This document shows positions 21,006 through 30,133 of a DNA stretch of 64,000 bases, piece after piece. This DNA is from a virus, in the IMG/VR virus record IMGVR_UViG_3300036985_004624. One strand, 5' to 3'. Below the pieces are notes generated by a model. It saw only the letters and a program-made list of their open reading frames with translations. It ran no database searches and was not told where the DNA came from. The first letter of the stretch is position 1. Every line of letters begins with the position of its first letter. Both the position numbers and the translations under genes were made by a program.

Positions 21006-21269
21006 TTATTTACCTTGAGTCAATTTTTGTAATAATGCGTTAGCAGTCTGCATAGATTTATGCATATTGAACATCATTTCATTTAACGCATCAATTGTTT
21101 CGGCTGTAGGATTTTCTGATCCTGCCTTAACTCTTTCTGCTCTGGCACTATCAAAACCTTGCGGTTCTGTATTGCCAGCAATTTTTCCGAGCATACTATC
21201 AAATTTGGCATCGCCTGTTGCTTCTGGTATCGGTTTTTTCTTACCGCTCGAGAATTCATCTAAGTTCAT
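21006..21269 (-). CDS. Hypothetical protein
   Basis: Operon packing. Confidence 0.6.
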   Translation of the reverse strand: MNLDEFSSGKKKPIPEATGDAKFDSMLGKIAGNTEPQGFDSARAERVKAGSENPTAETIDALNEMMFNMHKSMQTANALLQKLTQGK

Positions 21270-21270
21270 A

Positions 21271-23040
21271 TTAACGACCGTAGCCTTTCATATTACCGAG
21301 TTTAGAGAAACGACTCATCCATTCTAACACTTCTGGATCAGCGACATCTGTAGATTCGTCGACTTTCCTATGAACTAGACCCGTTGTTGTCTTAGTTACT
21401 TTACCACCTTTATGAGTAGTAGTTTCGTCGCCTGGCTGTGCTTCCTTTTCTTCTTTATCTTTTCCGAGATCTTCCCACGGATTTTTCTTATCTTCTTCGC
21501 CTTCCTCAATATTTACTTCTTTAGGTGGAGCCTTAAGCTGTTTATTAGCAGGTACTTTAGGATTATGGAAGAAATCTTCTTCCTCAACCTCTTCCTTCTC
21601 TGCTATATAAGGTTTGGGACGAGCCATCAATACTGGCGCGCATGATTCCACAAGTGTATCATATTTCTTTAAATTCTTAAGCATTGCTGCTACATCTTTA
21701 TCTACATTTTCCATGATCTCTGTTCCTTTATTATTAAATGATTCCGGCATTGTTGGTGCTGTACCTGGCGGAAATTTTCCACCACCCGTTGGGCCAGCGC
21801 CGGCGCCCATTGATCCTAAATCTGAATCTGTGTCTTCTAAATCTTCTTCGTCTAACTCGTCTTTATTAGTTTTACCTTCTGACATTCTTCGAGCAAATTC
21901 TGTGATACTTTCCATAGGTGCAGCTTGTGGCGGCGTCTCAACCGGCGGTGATAGTTGCGGTTGTTCTTGCCCGGCATCATCCTTCTCTACGTGCTCTTTA
22001 GGACGAACTTCGTCTGTCATATATCCGGCAGTTATAAACTTCTTTAATTTTGTAATTTCTTCATCTACATTATATGTCCTAATCTTACTCATATCGGGAT
22101 CTTGCAATGCGGGGTCTTCAGAAAATGTCTTTTCTAATTCTACAACTTTGGCCTTATTCTGTTTTAATGCAGTAACAAGATCTGTATACAAGTAAGGAAA
22201 TTTTGTTCTTATATCTTCAGGCTTAACATTTTCATCTGCTATATCTTTGAAGGATAATCCAGAATCCGGACCAAACTGATATTTTTCTTTACCAGTTATT
22301 TCTTTACCTGTCATACTGCTTTTCTTACTGATTGTTTCCGGCACAGCAGGATACATCTGATATAACATTGCCTCACCGGCATACCTTTTAAACATATCGC
22401 CATATGTAGAATTTGCAGTACACCACTGTGTTCCGGATCCTAACTTACACGCTGCTGCTCTGTTTAAAGCAACTGTAATTTTATAATCTGCATTATTAAC
22501 AAGCGGAATAGCCCGGGCCATTTTATCCCTGGCGGCAAATTTTGCGGCATTACGAACATCTTCTAACTTATCTTGATAGTGATGAACCATGTATGCACCG
22601 ATTTCCCGTACACTCTTAAATTTAGAAACTTCTTTGTGGGCGGGATCTAATTCGTTACGATTCTTAAGAATTGTCCAATCCCTAAGATTCATATTCATCA
22701 CACCCTTCAAATCTTCCCAGTTGTGACTACCTGCAATATATCGTCTAACAATCCAGTCGCTATACATTCCGTCTCTAGAATATATAGTACCTTCATACCC
22801 TTCTTTTTCTATCTTATCGATATTTTCAAGAAACCACTTTGCAACATCTTCGTCGGGTGCCTTTTCAAATTTCCTATCTGCATTAGGTGGAAAGACAGAC
22901 GGATTAAAATCCGCATCTCTTCTCACTCTTGCTGCCAGGCCGCTCACTAAAGTCTTATCGCTCATAACACGCTGACTACCTTTAGTCAGCGCAACGTCCT
23001 CTAATAGAAATGCTTCTGGCAAATAATTTGCAAATGTCAT
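21271..23040 (-). CDS. Large modular, probably head-internal protein with ACKLG..TQWCT (PcfJ-like) motif
   Basis: 589 aa; acidic linkers with repeated hydrophobic-x-E sites. Confidence 0.65.
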   Translation of the reverse strand: MTFANYLPEAFLLEDVALTKGSQRVMSDKTLVSGLAARVRRDADFNPSVFPPNADRKFEKAPDEDVAKWFLENIDKIEKEGYEGTIYSRDGMYSDWIVRRYIAGSHNWEDLKGVMNMNLRDWTILKNRNELDPAHKEVSKFKSVREIGAYMVHHYQDKLEDVRNAAKFAARDKMARAIPLVNNADYKITVALNRAAACKLGSGTQWCTANSTYGDMFKRYAGEAMLYQMYPAVPETISKKSSMTGKEITGKEKYQFGPDSGLSFKDIADENVKPEDIRTKFPYLYTDLVTALKQNKAKVVELEKTFSEDPALQDPDMSKIRTYNVDEEITKLKKFITAGYMTDEVRPKEHVEKDDAGQEQPQLSPPVETPPQAAPMESITEFARRMSEGKTNKDELDEEDLEDTDSDLGSMGAGAGPTGGGKFPPGTAPTMPESFNNKGTEIMENVDKDVAAMLKNLKKYDTLVESCAPVLMARPKPYIAEKEEVEEEDFFHNPKVPANKQLKAPPKEVNIEEGEEDKKNPWEDLGKDKEEKEAQPGDETTTHKGGKVTKTTTGLVHRKVDESTDVADPEVLEWMSRFSKLGNMKGYGR

Positions 23041-25877
23041 CTTATAGCCCCGATTAATATCTTTCTTAGAGATTGAATAAGCGGTTCTAATTTCATTGCT
23101 GGACCTTTTGCTAAATTTGATACGGCTGTTTGATAATTATTATCATAGGAATTAGCGCCTGTTGCCTTCTCAATTGCTTTTGTCAGGATATTATTCAATG
23201 TACCTGATAGAGCAACCGGACCTTTTGTATCAACTGCGACCTTAATTTCATTTATCGCTTTACGTACAGATGTCAGTCTTTCTAAATCGCCCTGGTGATC
23301 ATCACGTACCGCATCTTGCAATGCTAAAGATACTTTACTATATGCTTTGGCAATTATTGGCTGCAGGATAGGCCGAATTCTATCAAATATTCTTGTCTTA
23401 GCTTCCGATACACTTAATGCTGGTGCAGGATTCTTAAGATCCGATCTGGCTTTTATCTTTTCTCTCTCAACCGATCCTTTATGTGGTTGTATTTCTGCTT
23501 CTGCACCCTTCTGGTCACCTAACTGGCCTTTTCTGAGCGCATGGAATCCACTCATATACATGGTTGTTAATCTACCGATTTCATCAGACAATAATTTAAA
23601 TACATTATACTGTGACTGGGTATCTTTACCATGAAATAATCCCATTCTAAGTCTTTGCACTGTAGGATCCGTCGTTGTAAACTTATCCTCATCGTCGTCT
23701 TCTTTATCTTTTGCTTCGACATCTTTAAATAAAGATGAATCTAATTGCTTACCGTCGTTTTGGAAAGCAATAACTTGATATTGTAAATACGGTGCATTCA
23801 AATCCTGATTTGGATCCGATGCGAATCCTTTAGGATTAGGACGTTTTCTTGTCGACGGTTTATTTCTTTCATGTGCAAAATATTCTTCGGACGGACGAAT
23901 AGCTGCTACTCCGTGTGTACCTTTTACAATAATAAAATGATCTGGATGATTTTTAAAATAGCCATAAAGCACATCTCTATTAAATGGCAATGGTTCCATA
24001 TCTGCTTCATTACTTAATTTATGATTTCTATGTAATAACTGCAATAAATTCCAACCGCCCTGGTTCTTTTCTTGCTTTCCTGGAGATCCCGGTTTCCACG
24101 CAATCTCCTTGCTTAGTGTACTTTCCTCGATCTCTTCAGATTCTGTAATTATTAGCTGTTTCAACGCAGACTTAATTGCCTGATCTAATTCTAATTCTTC
24201 AAATAGTGATAACGACATGTCTTTTCCTTTGTTAGATTCACGTAATCTTGGCGTATTTCCGCCACCTAATCTTGTGCCTGGGTCTCTGGCTGCTGGTCCT
24301 TGTATTCTTGCTGTATTATCGGGGTAAGCATAGATATATTGTCCATGATCATCTCTTACAACATGGAATCTAATACCATTTGCTTTATATTCTTTTACAT
24401 CAACTTCATATCCAGATACTACTATACCGTGACTTACTTCTACTCGACCCAAATCTTCTGCATTGTCTCGTAACCATCCGGCGACTGCTCTTAGTTCTGC
24501 ATCTGTATTTGGGCCTTGTCCTTCTACATTGGCAATTGTTTGTATTTGTCCAACAGGGGTGGATGTAAACATACCAAATATATCTTTACCTATGCCTCTT
24601 ATATGAGCATCACTCATCCCCGGTAAGTTTCGTACATGATGCCATTCGGGTGATTGGACACCTGCGGCGCGCATTGCTGTACTAACCACTGCGGGAACAT
24701 CTCTTGCTGTTCTAACAACTAATTCATTTTGCGGAATAACAGGCTCTTCTGTATCCGGTGTTATTGCAGCACGATTAATAAGGTCCATCGAACGTCTCAT
24801 GCCGTCGGACGGATTCATATTACTTAATCTATCTTGTGTGGATTGTTTAGATGCAACAGGGAGTGATGCTGTCGGTTCATTACCTACAGGTTCATTTCCT
24901 TGCTCGTCGGGTATATTAGCTAATGGTTGATCGGGCTTAGGATTAAACAAATTGTCCATATCATTCCAAAATGGATCATCTTCTTGTTTAGTATCTGTCT
25001 TAGGCTTATTGGGCTTTGGTGCAGGCATCGGGCCCGTTGCTTCGTCCATGTCTGGCGAGGCGCCACCTGTTGTATTACCCATAACTTCGGAATGGTGCTT
25101 CTCTAATTGCTCCGGAGTCATTCTATTTAATTCGTCTTCATTATATGCTCTATCGGAATTACTCAATCCCATGGATTGCATATATTCGATTGATTTTTTC
25201 AAATCCATTGCATCATCTTGATCTGTATAATTATGATTGCCGGATCCTGCGCCTAATTGACTTTGCTCTTCACCAAAAAGTGGTTGCTCTACATCTAATG
25301 TATTTTGTGGCTGTTCATCAATATCATAACCACCCTCGGCTGCATCGGCACAACGGTCACATTGATAACCACGACGCTTGTCTTGCAATGTTAGGGCATC
25401 TTCTGCTCCGCAAGATGGGCAAGGATATATACGTGGGTTATCATCTGTTGCTGCTCTTAATGCGCTATTGCCACCCGGATCTGCAAACATTGAACGATCG
25501 TCGTCATCTTGAAATTCTCTATCGTCATACTCTTCGAAATCATCTTCATCATCGAAATTAAGTGGATTTTCATCCAAATTATCTTCAGCGTGTGTCATTG
25601 GGGAATCTTCCCCACCAGTTGGTTCGAATTCTGTTTTTGTTACAATATTTCCAATCTTAACGCCCTTACCTGCACCTAGTGCCTGTGTTGCCTTGGGTTT
25701 TTCTTCGGTGTCATCTGGAAAACATGTTTTACAGGACCATTCTCCGCAACCGCATTCATCTAAAGCAGGTTTATCTTCTGCAAGTGGCTTACCTTCATCA
25801 GCTAATGCTTCCTCTACAGCCGATATCCATTTTGAAAATTCGTTTCGTTGATCCATTGCTGGCCCCTTTATACTCAA
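23037..25877 (-). CDS. Large modular, probably head-internal protein with two Cys clusters
   Basis: 946 aa; CGCGEWSCKTC and CPSC...CDRC; TAAATA upstream. Confidence 0.7.
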   Translation of the reverse strand: MSIKGPAMDQRNEFSKWISAVEEALADEGKPLAEDKPALDECGCGEWSCKTCFPDDTEEKPKATQALGAGKGVKIGNIVTKTEFEPTGGEDSPMTHAEDNLDENPLNFDDEDDFEEYDDREFQDDDDRSMFADPGGNSALRAATDDNPRIYPCPSCGAEDALTLQDKRRGYQCDRCADAAEGGYDIDEQPQNTLDVEQPLFGEEQSQLGAGSGNHNYTDQDDAMDLKKSIEYMQSMGLSNSDRAYNEDELNRMTPEQLEKHHSEVMGNTTGGASPDMDEATGPMPAPKPNKPKTDTKQEDDPFWNDMDNLFNPKPDQPLANIPDEQGNEPVGNEPTASLPVASKQSTQDRLSNMNPSDGMRRSMDLINRAAITPDTEEPVIPQNELVVRTARDVPAVVSTAMRAAGVQSPEWHHVRNLPGMSDAHIRGIGKDIFGMFTSTPVGQIQTIANVEGQGPNTDAELRAVAGWLRDNAEDLGRVEVSHGIVVSGYEVDVKEYKANGIRFHVVRDDHGQYIYAYPDNTARIQGPAARDPGTRLGGGNTPRLRESNKGKDMSLSLFEELELDQAIKSALKQLIITESEEIEESTLSKEIAWKPGSPGKQEKNQGGWNLLQLLHRNHKLSNEADMEPLPFNRDVLYGYFKNHPDHFIIVKGTHGVAAIRPSEEYFAHERNKPSTRKRPNPKGFASDPNQDLNAPYLQYQVIAFQNDGKQLDSSLFKDVEAKDKEDDDEDKFTTTDPTVQRLRMGLFHGKDTQSQYNVFKLLSDEIGRLTTMYMSGFHALRKGQLGDQKGAEAEIQPHKGSVEREKIKARSDLKNPAPALSVSEAKTRIFDRIRPILQPIIAKAYSKVSLALQDAVRDDHQGDLERLTSVRKAINEIKVAVDTKGPVALSGTLNNILTKAIEKATGANSYDNNYQTAVSNLAKGPAMKLEPLIQSLRKILIGAIR

Positions 25878-25915
25878 TATACTTATTTATCATGTATGGT
25901 AGAGTTTCCGGCCAA

Positions 25916-25939
25916 TAAAAAAGATACCTAAGTATCTTT
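25916..25939 (-). terminator. Intrinsic terminator
   Basis: aaagatac-ttag-gtatcttt followed by a T run on the minus strand. Confidence 0.6.
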
Positions 25940-25947
25940 CTATTTAA

Positions 25948-26145
25948 TTACAAGTCGATTGATTGTTTTATTTTAGTATAGGCTTGTGTGGCTCCTGCAC
26001 CTAACGTAACTAATAATAGTAAGGGTATGGTTACTGTGCATACAACTACCATACTCAAAATTTGTACAGAGAGCGATGGTGTCTTATTCTCATCTAACAT
26101 TAACCAATGCCCTGTAGACATAGTTCTATTTGATCTTTGTATCAT
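25948..26145 (-). CDS. Small membrane protein
   Basis: One long hydrophobic segment; ATGA overlap with the upstream ORF. Confidence 0.55.
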   Translation of the reverse strand: MIQRSNRTMSTGHWLMLDENKTPSLSVQILSMVVVCTVTIPLLLLVTLGAGATQAYTKIKQSIDL

Positions 26146-26300
26146 TTTTTTAATTCTTTCTCTATAATATAGTCCGCTATTTCTGGGGGAAGTGTGGTAT
26201 ACATCCTATCGTGGTGTGTTTCACAATATGCCTTACCATATATTGTTGGTTGACGGCATCCTTCACCTTCTCCTACCCAAGAACAGACATTGCGTTCCAC
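26142..26300 (-). CDS. 52-aa Cys/His microprotein resembling the GcrA C-terminal region (not in ORF track)
   Basis: Hand translation (GTG start) MERNVCSWVGEGEGCRQPTIYGKAYCETHHDRMY...LKK*; stop overlaps the next ATG. Confidence 0.6.
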   Translation of the reverse strand: MERNVCSWVGEGEGCRQPTIYGKAYCETHHDRMYTTLPPEIADYIIEKELKK

Positions 26301-26304
26301 TTTA

Positions 26305-26643
26305 CTAGGCTTTGTCATCAATCTTTTCTTCTAAATGTTCTAATATAATTTTGTCGTATCCATTCAGTAAAGCATACTCTATAATTTCTGTTATTACTAC
26401 TTCATCTTCTGTTGTAGCATACCATAATACTTTTGTAGGATCTATTTCTTCAAATCCCGATAAGATAGAAATCGATTCGTCAATATATGCTTGATAGCTT
26501 TCAGATTCGAATATATAGGACCCTTGTGTAGCAGATAAGATATCATCATAAGGTATAATCTGTATTGTACCTATGACATCTCCCTTTGGGTCTGCTACTG
26601 TATATTCTGTACCTAACGATAAAATGTCTGTTATTTTATACAT
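26305..26643 (-). CDS. Hypothetical acidic protein
   Basis: AGGAG SD. Confidence 0.65.
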   Translation of the reverse strand: MYKITDILSLGTEYTVADPKGDVIGTIQIIPYDDILSATQGSYIFESESYQAYIDESISILSGFEEIDPTKVLWYATTEDEVVITEIIEYALLNGYDKIILEHLEEKIDDKA

Positions 26644-26679
26644 GTTTTCTCCTGAAAATTATTAAGGAACTATTGTTAT

Positions 26680-27717
26680 TTATAAAGAAAAGAGATACTT
26701 AGATTTATTATCATAGAATCTCTTAACCCCGCTCATTCTTACCAAAATAGCATCATTAACTATACCTGATACAAATTCAGATATCTTTGACGACACTTCA
26801 TATGACGGAATATCATCTGTCGTAATGTTTGAAATATCTATTGTTGCTGAATCTTCTGTAGGTAATTCTCCCAATACAGTAGGGTAAAAAGACACATTAG
26901 AATGCTTAAATAGTATGCCTTTATAATCTACAGAAACTGAATAATCATTTGTTTCAGATTGTACGCCTAATATAGTATGAAAATTCATACCTAAAGAATT
27001 TACTATACCAAATAATTCTACAATAGCTTTTGGGGAGATTTGAATTCTGTTTTCATCTATCACAGTAGTCGACCCTTTTCCAAATAATATATGGTTAAAG
27101 GCAGCGCCATCACGTACAATTATATTTCTATAAAAAAATGACAGAGATGATATATGATTCTTATAAAAACTTCTTAAATTCAAAGTAGATTCGGGACTTA
27201 AGATATAATTCGTTACTGCATTAAGTGCACCAAAACTTTCTATTTCCTCGATAACTTCTACTTCGATGCCGTCTAGTATATCGAAAACTAATAAGGAATT
27301 ATAAAATGTTTCGTAATCGGCTTTATATGTTATATAAATGGGCTCATCTATCTCTCCTACAATCTGCAGAGTAGTTTGGTTCTGACATAGAAGATAGGCG
27401 ATAGTAGAAAATATTTCGGAATCATATAATTCTTTTATATCTACCTGCTGACTAGACTCCAAAGAGTTATTAACAATAACATTTGGATGATCGTACAATT
27501 TCTTACTTATATAAATTTCATTACCACTAATTACTAATGTTAAATCTGTAATTAACGGATCAACGATCATTCGAACTTTATTATTCTGTATATGAAATCG
27601 TTGTTCGAAGAATCTACCCAGGTCAGTATTTTTATATTTGTCTTGTTTTGACAGAGATAATAATTCCTGGTGATACTTACCTAGAAAGGATTTAACGGGA
27701 ATTAATTTGTCTAACAT
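26680..27717 (-). CDS. Divergent SufD/SufB-like beta-helix protein
   Basis: IDEPIYI, VEVIEEI, V-x-NYIL..ESTL, IIVRDGA, VDYKGIL..HS repeats typical of the SufBD fold. Confidence 0.55.
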   Translation of the reverse strand: MLDKLIPVKSFLGKYHQELLSLSKQDKYKNTDLGRFFEQRFHIQNNKVRMIVDPLITDLTLVISGNEIYISKKLYDHPNVIVNNSLESSQQVDIKELYDSEIFSTIAYLLCQNQTTLQIVGEIDEPIYITYKADYETFYNSLLVFDILDGIEVEVIEEIESFGALNAVTNYILSPESTLNLRSFYKNHISSLSFFYRNIIVRDGAAFNHILFGKGSTTVIDENRIQISPKAIVELFGIVNSLGMNFHTILGVQSETNDYSVSVDYKGILFKHSNVSFYPTVLGELPTEDSATIDISNITTDDIPSYEVSSKISEFVSGIVNDAILVRMSGVKRFYDNKSKYLFSL

Positions 27718-27743
27718 TCATGTATTCTAATATTGTATTTATT

Positions 27744-28049
27744 TTAAATTTCTTCTAATGTGGTTACTAGAGGAAAATTATTTAATCTGGAGAAACTAGT
27801 AGTTTCTACAACCTTCTCATTAGCCACTTCGTGTGTGTAGGGCGAGCCGGCAATACCTATACCATTCTCATGAACTTCTTGTGTTACAAGCATAGAATCT
27901 TCTAACGTTCTATGAAAGATACGTAGAAGGACAGCAACAACAAAATCCGCCGTAGTGGTATTGTCATTATGCAATAACACTTTGTACATCTTAGGAATCT
28001 TTATGTCGGTAGATTCCTCGATTTTTTCAATAACGTCTGTTTCTGTCAT
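27744..28049 (-). CDS. clpS: Clp protease adaptor ClpS
   Basis: PKMYKVLLHND..T..FVV.VL..IF...VH..G...EVA..K...FPL. Confidence 0.92.
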   Translation of the reverse strand: MTETDVIEKIEESTDIKIPKMYKVLLHNDNTTTADFVVAVLLRIFHRTLEDSMLVTQEVHENGIGIAGSPYTHEVANEKVVETTSFSRLNNFPLVTTLEEI

Positions 28050-28110
28050 ATGTGACCCCAAATATGTAATATATATTATTACATATCCAGGGCAAATAAG
28101 TCAATCAATC

Positions 28111-28521
28111 TTATTTGATTGCAATCAACTTAGGTTTGGCTTCTTCTGGTGCATTCTTAACAAAGTTAACTGTTAAGATGCCGTCTTCCATAGATGCTGC
28201 ATTTACTTCAAAATATTCAGCGATACGGAAGCTCTTCGAGAATGAACGACCTGCAATACCTCTATATTGATAGGCTGAATCTGGATCGACATTCTTGTCT
28301 CCAGTAATTGTTAACAGACCCTGATGTTCTTCCATCTTCATTTCATCCTTCTTAAATCCAGCTACTGCTAATTCAAGATAAAATTCATTGTCAGAAATTT
28401 TAACAATGTTGTGCGGAGGATAGTTATTTGTAGGAACCTGGAAGTCTCTAAACACTGGACCAAAGCCAACAGTAAGAGAATCTAATTGATCGAATAGCCG
28501 TGTGAAATCATTTCTTGACAT
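28111..28521 (-). CDS. hsp20: Small heat-shock protein (IbpA-like)
   Basis: YPPHNI, ELAVAGF, YRGIAGRSF, A.MEDGIL. Confidence 0.96.
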   Translation of the reverse strand: MSRNDFTRLFDQLDSLTVGFGPVFRDFQVPTNNYPPHNIVKISDNEFYLELAVAGFKKDEMKMEEHQGLLTITGDKNVDPDSAYQYRGIAGRSFSKSFRIAEYFEVNAASMEDGILTVNFVKNAPEEAKPKLIAIK

Positions 28522-28525
28522 AATT

Positions 28526-28620
28526 ACTCCTTTAAAGCAAGTTTATCGTGCTATATCAAAACACGTTGCAGTACCATACTGCTAATTTACAAAACCCCAT
28601 TATGGGCATCTTGCAAAATT
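28526..28620 (-). promoter_or_regulatory. ROSE-like RNA thermometer candidate in hsp20 leader
   Basis: Four consecutive hairpins; the last is ACUUGCUUUAAAGGAGU with UUGCU opposite the SD. Confidence 0.65.
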
Positions 28621-28647
28621 ATTTACCTCACTGACATTATATACTAA

Positions 28648-28908
28648 TTAATAGTTTTTGTCTTTATGCCAATGACCGTTTGTTATCATTTCTTCTACAG
28701 TTCTTTCCCAACGCTTACGAGCTTGTTTTTTCATTCGCTGTCTTAAGACCGCAGGTTTTTCATAAGACATATTTTCTTTAAGGACTTGCATTAATCCTGA
28801 ATCTTGAACTTTCTTAGAGAAAGTCCTTAATGCTCGTCCAAAGTCGTCGTTCCTAACTTCTACAAACATACCTTTGTGTCTCTTGCTGTCTTTATATTTA
28901 CTGCTCAT
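28648..28908 (-). CDS. rpsU: Ribosomal protein bS21
   Basis: VEVRN.DF.RALR.F.KKV..SG......YEKP...R...K..ARKR. Confidence 0.88.
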   Translation of the reverse strand: MSSKYKDSKRHKGMFVEVRNDDFGRALRTFSKKVQDSGLMQVLKENMSYEKPAVLRQRMKKQARKRWERTVEEMITNGHWHKDKNY

Positions 28909-30133
28909 TTTTTGCTCTTTTTGCTGCCTTGTATACATGTTTAATTGTTCCATTCGCATCTACAAATATTTTGTTGACGCCGTTTTTTGCTAATTTCGGA
29001 AGTACAAATTGTGTAGCCTGAAGATCTTTCTCCATTATTGCTCGTAATCCACGCGCACCTATCTTTTGCTTTAAAGAATTATCAGCTACATTCTGTAGGT
29101 ATTTATCATCGAAGTCTAAAGTAACCCCCTCGTATTTGAATAATGTCTTAAATTGCTCAACTATACTGTTTTTAGGTTCTTTCAATATCTTAACCAGTAT
29201 ATCTGCGGTAAGGTCGTCAAAAACAACAGTAACAGGACATCTGCCTACAAATTCGGGAATAAGGCCATATTTAATTAGATCATCGGACCTTATATCTTTA
29301 ATTGTTTCAGAAAAAGATGTTCTTGTACTTATGTTTGCACCAATACCTATTCCGGTTTTGGATCTATTCTTTCGAACAACTTCGTCTAACCCCACAAATG
29401 CTCCGCTACATACAAATAGTATATCTTTCGTATCGAAATCGATAGGTTCGTCATACCCGTCTTCTATCTTTATAATCGAACCTTCTATCAATTTTAACAA
29501 TGCCTGTTGCACGCCTTCGCCGGATACATCTCGTCCAGTTACTGCAGATTCGCTCTTACGACTCTTTTTATCTATTTCATCTATGAATATAATACCTGTT
29601 CGTGCCTTTTCTATGTCGTCGCCAGCGTTTTGTATAAGAAGATTTATTAGATTTTGAACATCTTCCCCTACATATCCTGCTTCAGTTAATGTAGTAGCAT
29701 CTGCTATAACACAAGGTAAGTCGAATAATTTGGCTACTGTCTTTACAAGAAGTGTCTTGCCGCAGCCCGATTCACCAATCATTAATAGATTGGATTTTTC
29801 TAATTCTGTTTTAGTTTTATTATTGATACGTTTATAATGATTATAAACGGCCACAGATATAGCAATCTTGGCATTATCTTGTCCTATAATATATTCATCC
29901 AAGAATTTTTTAATTTCTTCAGGAATTAATATTTTTTCTTTTTTCTTCTTTATAACATCTACTTCTTCGGTATGTATTGTATTATATGTAACATCTACAC
30001 ATTCATTGCATATATAAATAATCTTTCCACCGAACTCCGGTCCTTCTACCATTTGTTCTACGTCGTGTCTCCCCTTTCCACAATAAGAACAATTGACGAT
30101 CTTCCTGATTATTTTATTTTCGATATTATCCAT
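28898..30133 (-). CDS. clpX: ClpX AAA+ unfoldase
   Basis: CSYC...ICNEC zinc domain, VYNHYKR, GESGCGKT, EAGYVGED, DVSGEGVQQALLK, GARGLR. Confidence 0.97.
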   Translation of the reverse strand: MDNIENKIIRKIVNCSYCGKGRHDVEQMVEGPEFGGKIIYICNECVDVTYNTIHTEEVDVIKKKKEKILIPEEIKKFLDEYIIGQDNAKIAISVAVYNHYKRINNKTKTELEKSNLLMIGESGCGKTLLVKTVAKLFDLPCVIADATTLTEAGYVGEDVQNLINLLIQNAGDDIEKARTGIIFIDEIDKKSRKSESAVTGRDVSGEGVQQALLKLIEGSIIKIEDGYDEPIDFDTKDILFVCSGAFVGLDEVVRKNRSKTGIGIGANISTRTSFSETIKDIRSDDLIKYGLIPEFVGRCPVTVVFDDLTADILVKILKEPKNSIVEQFKTLFKYEGVTLDFDDKYLQNVADNSLKQKIGARGLRAIMEKDLQATQFVLPKLAKNGVNKIFVDANGTIKHVYKAAKRAKNEQ

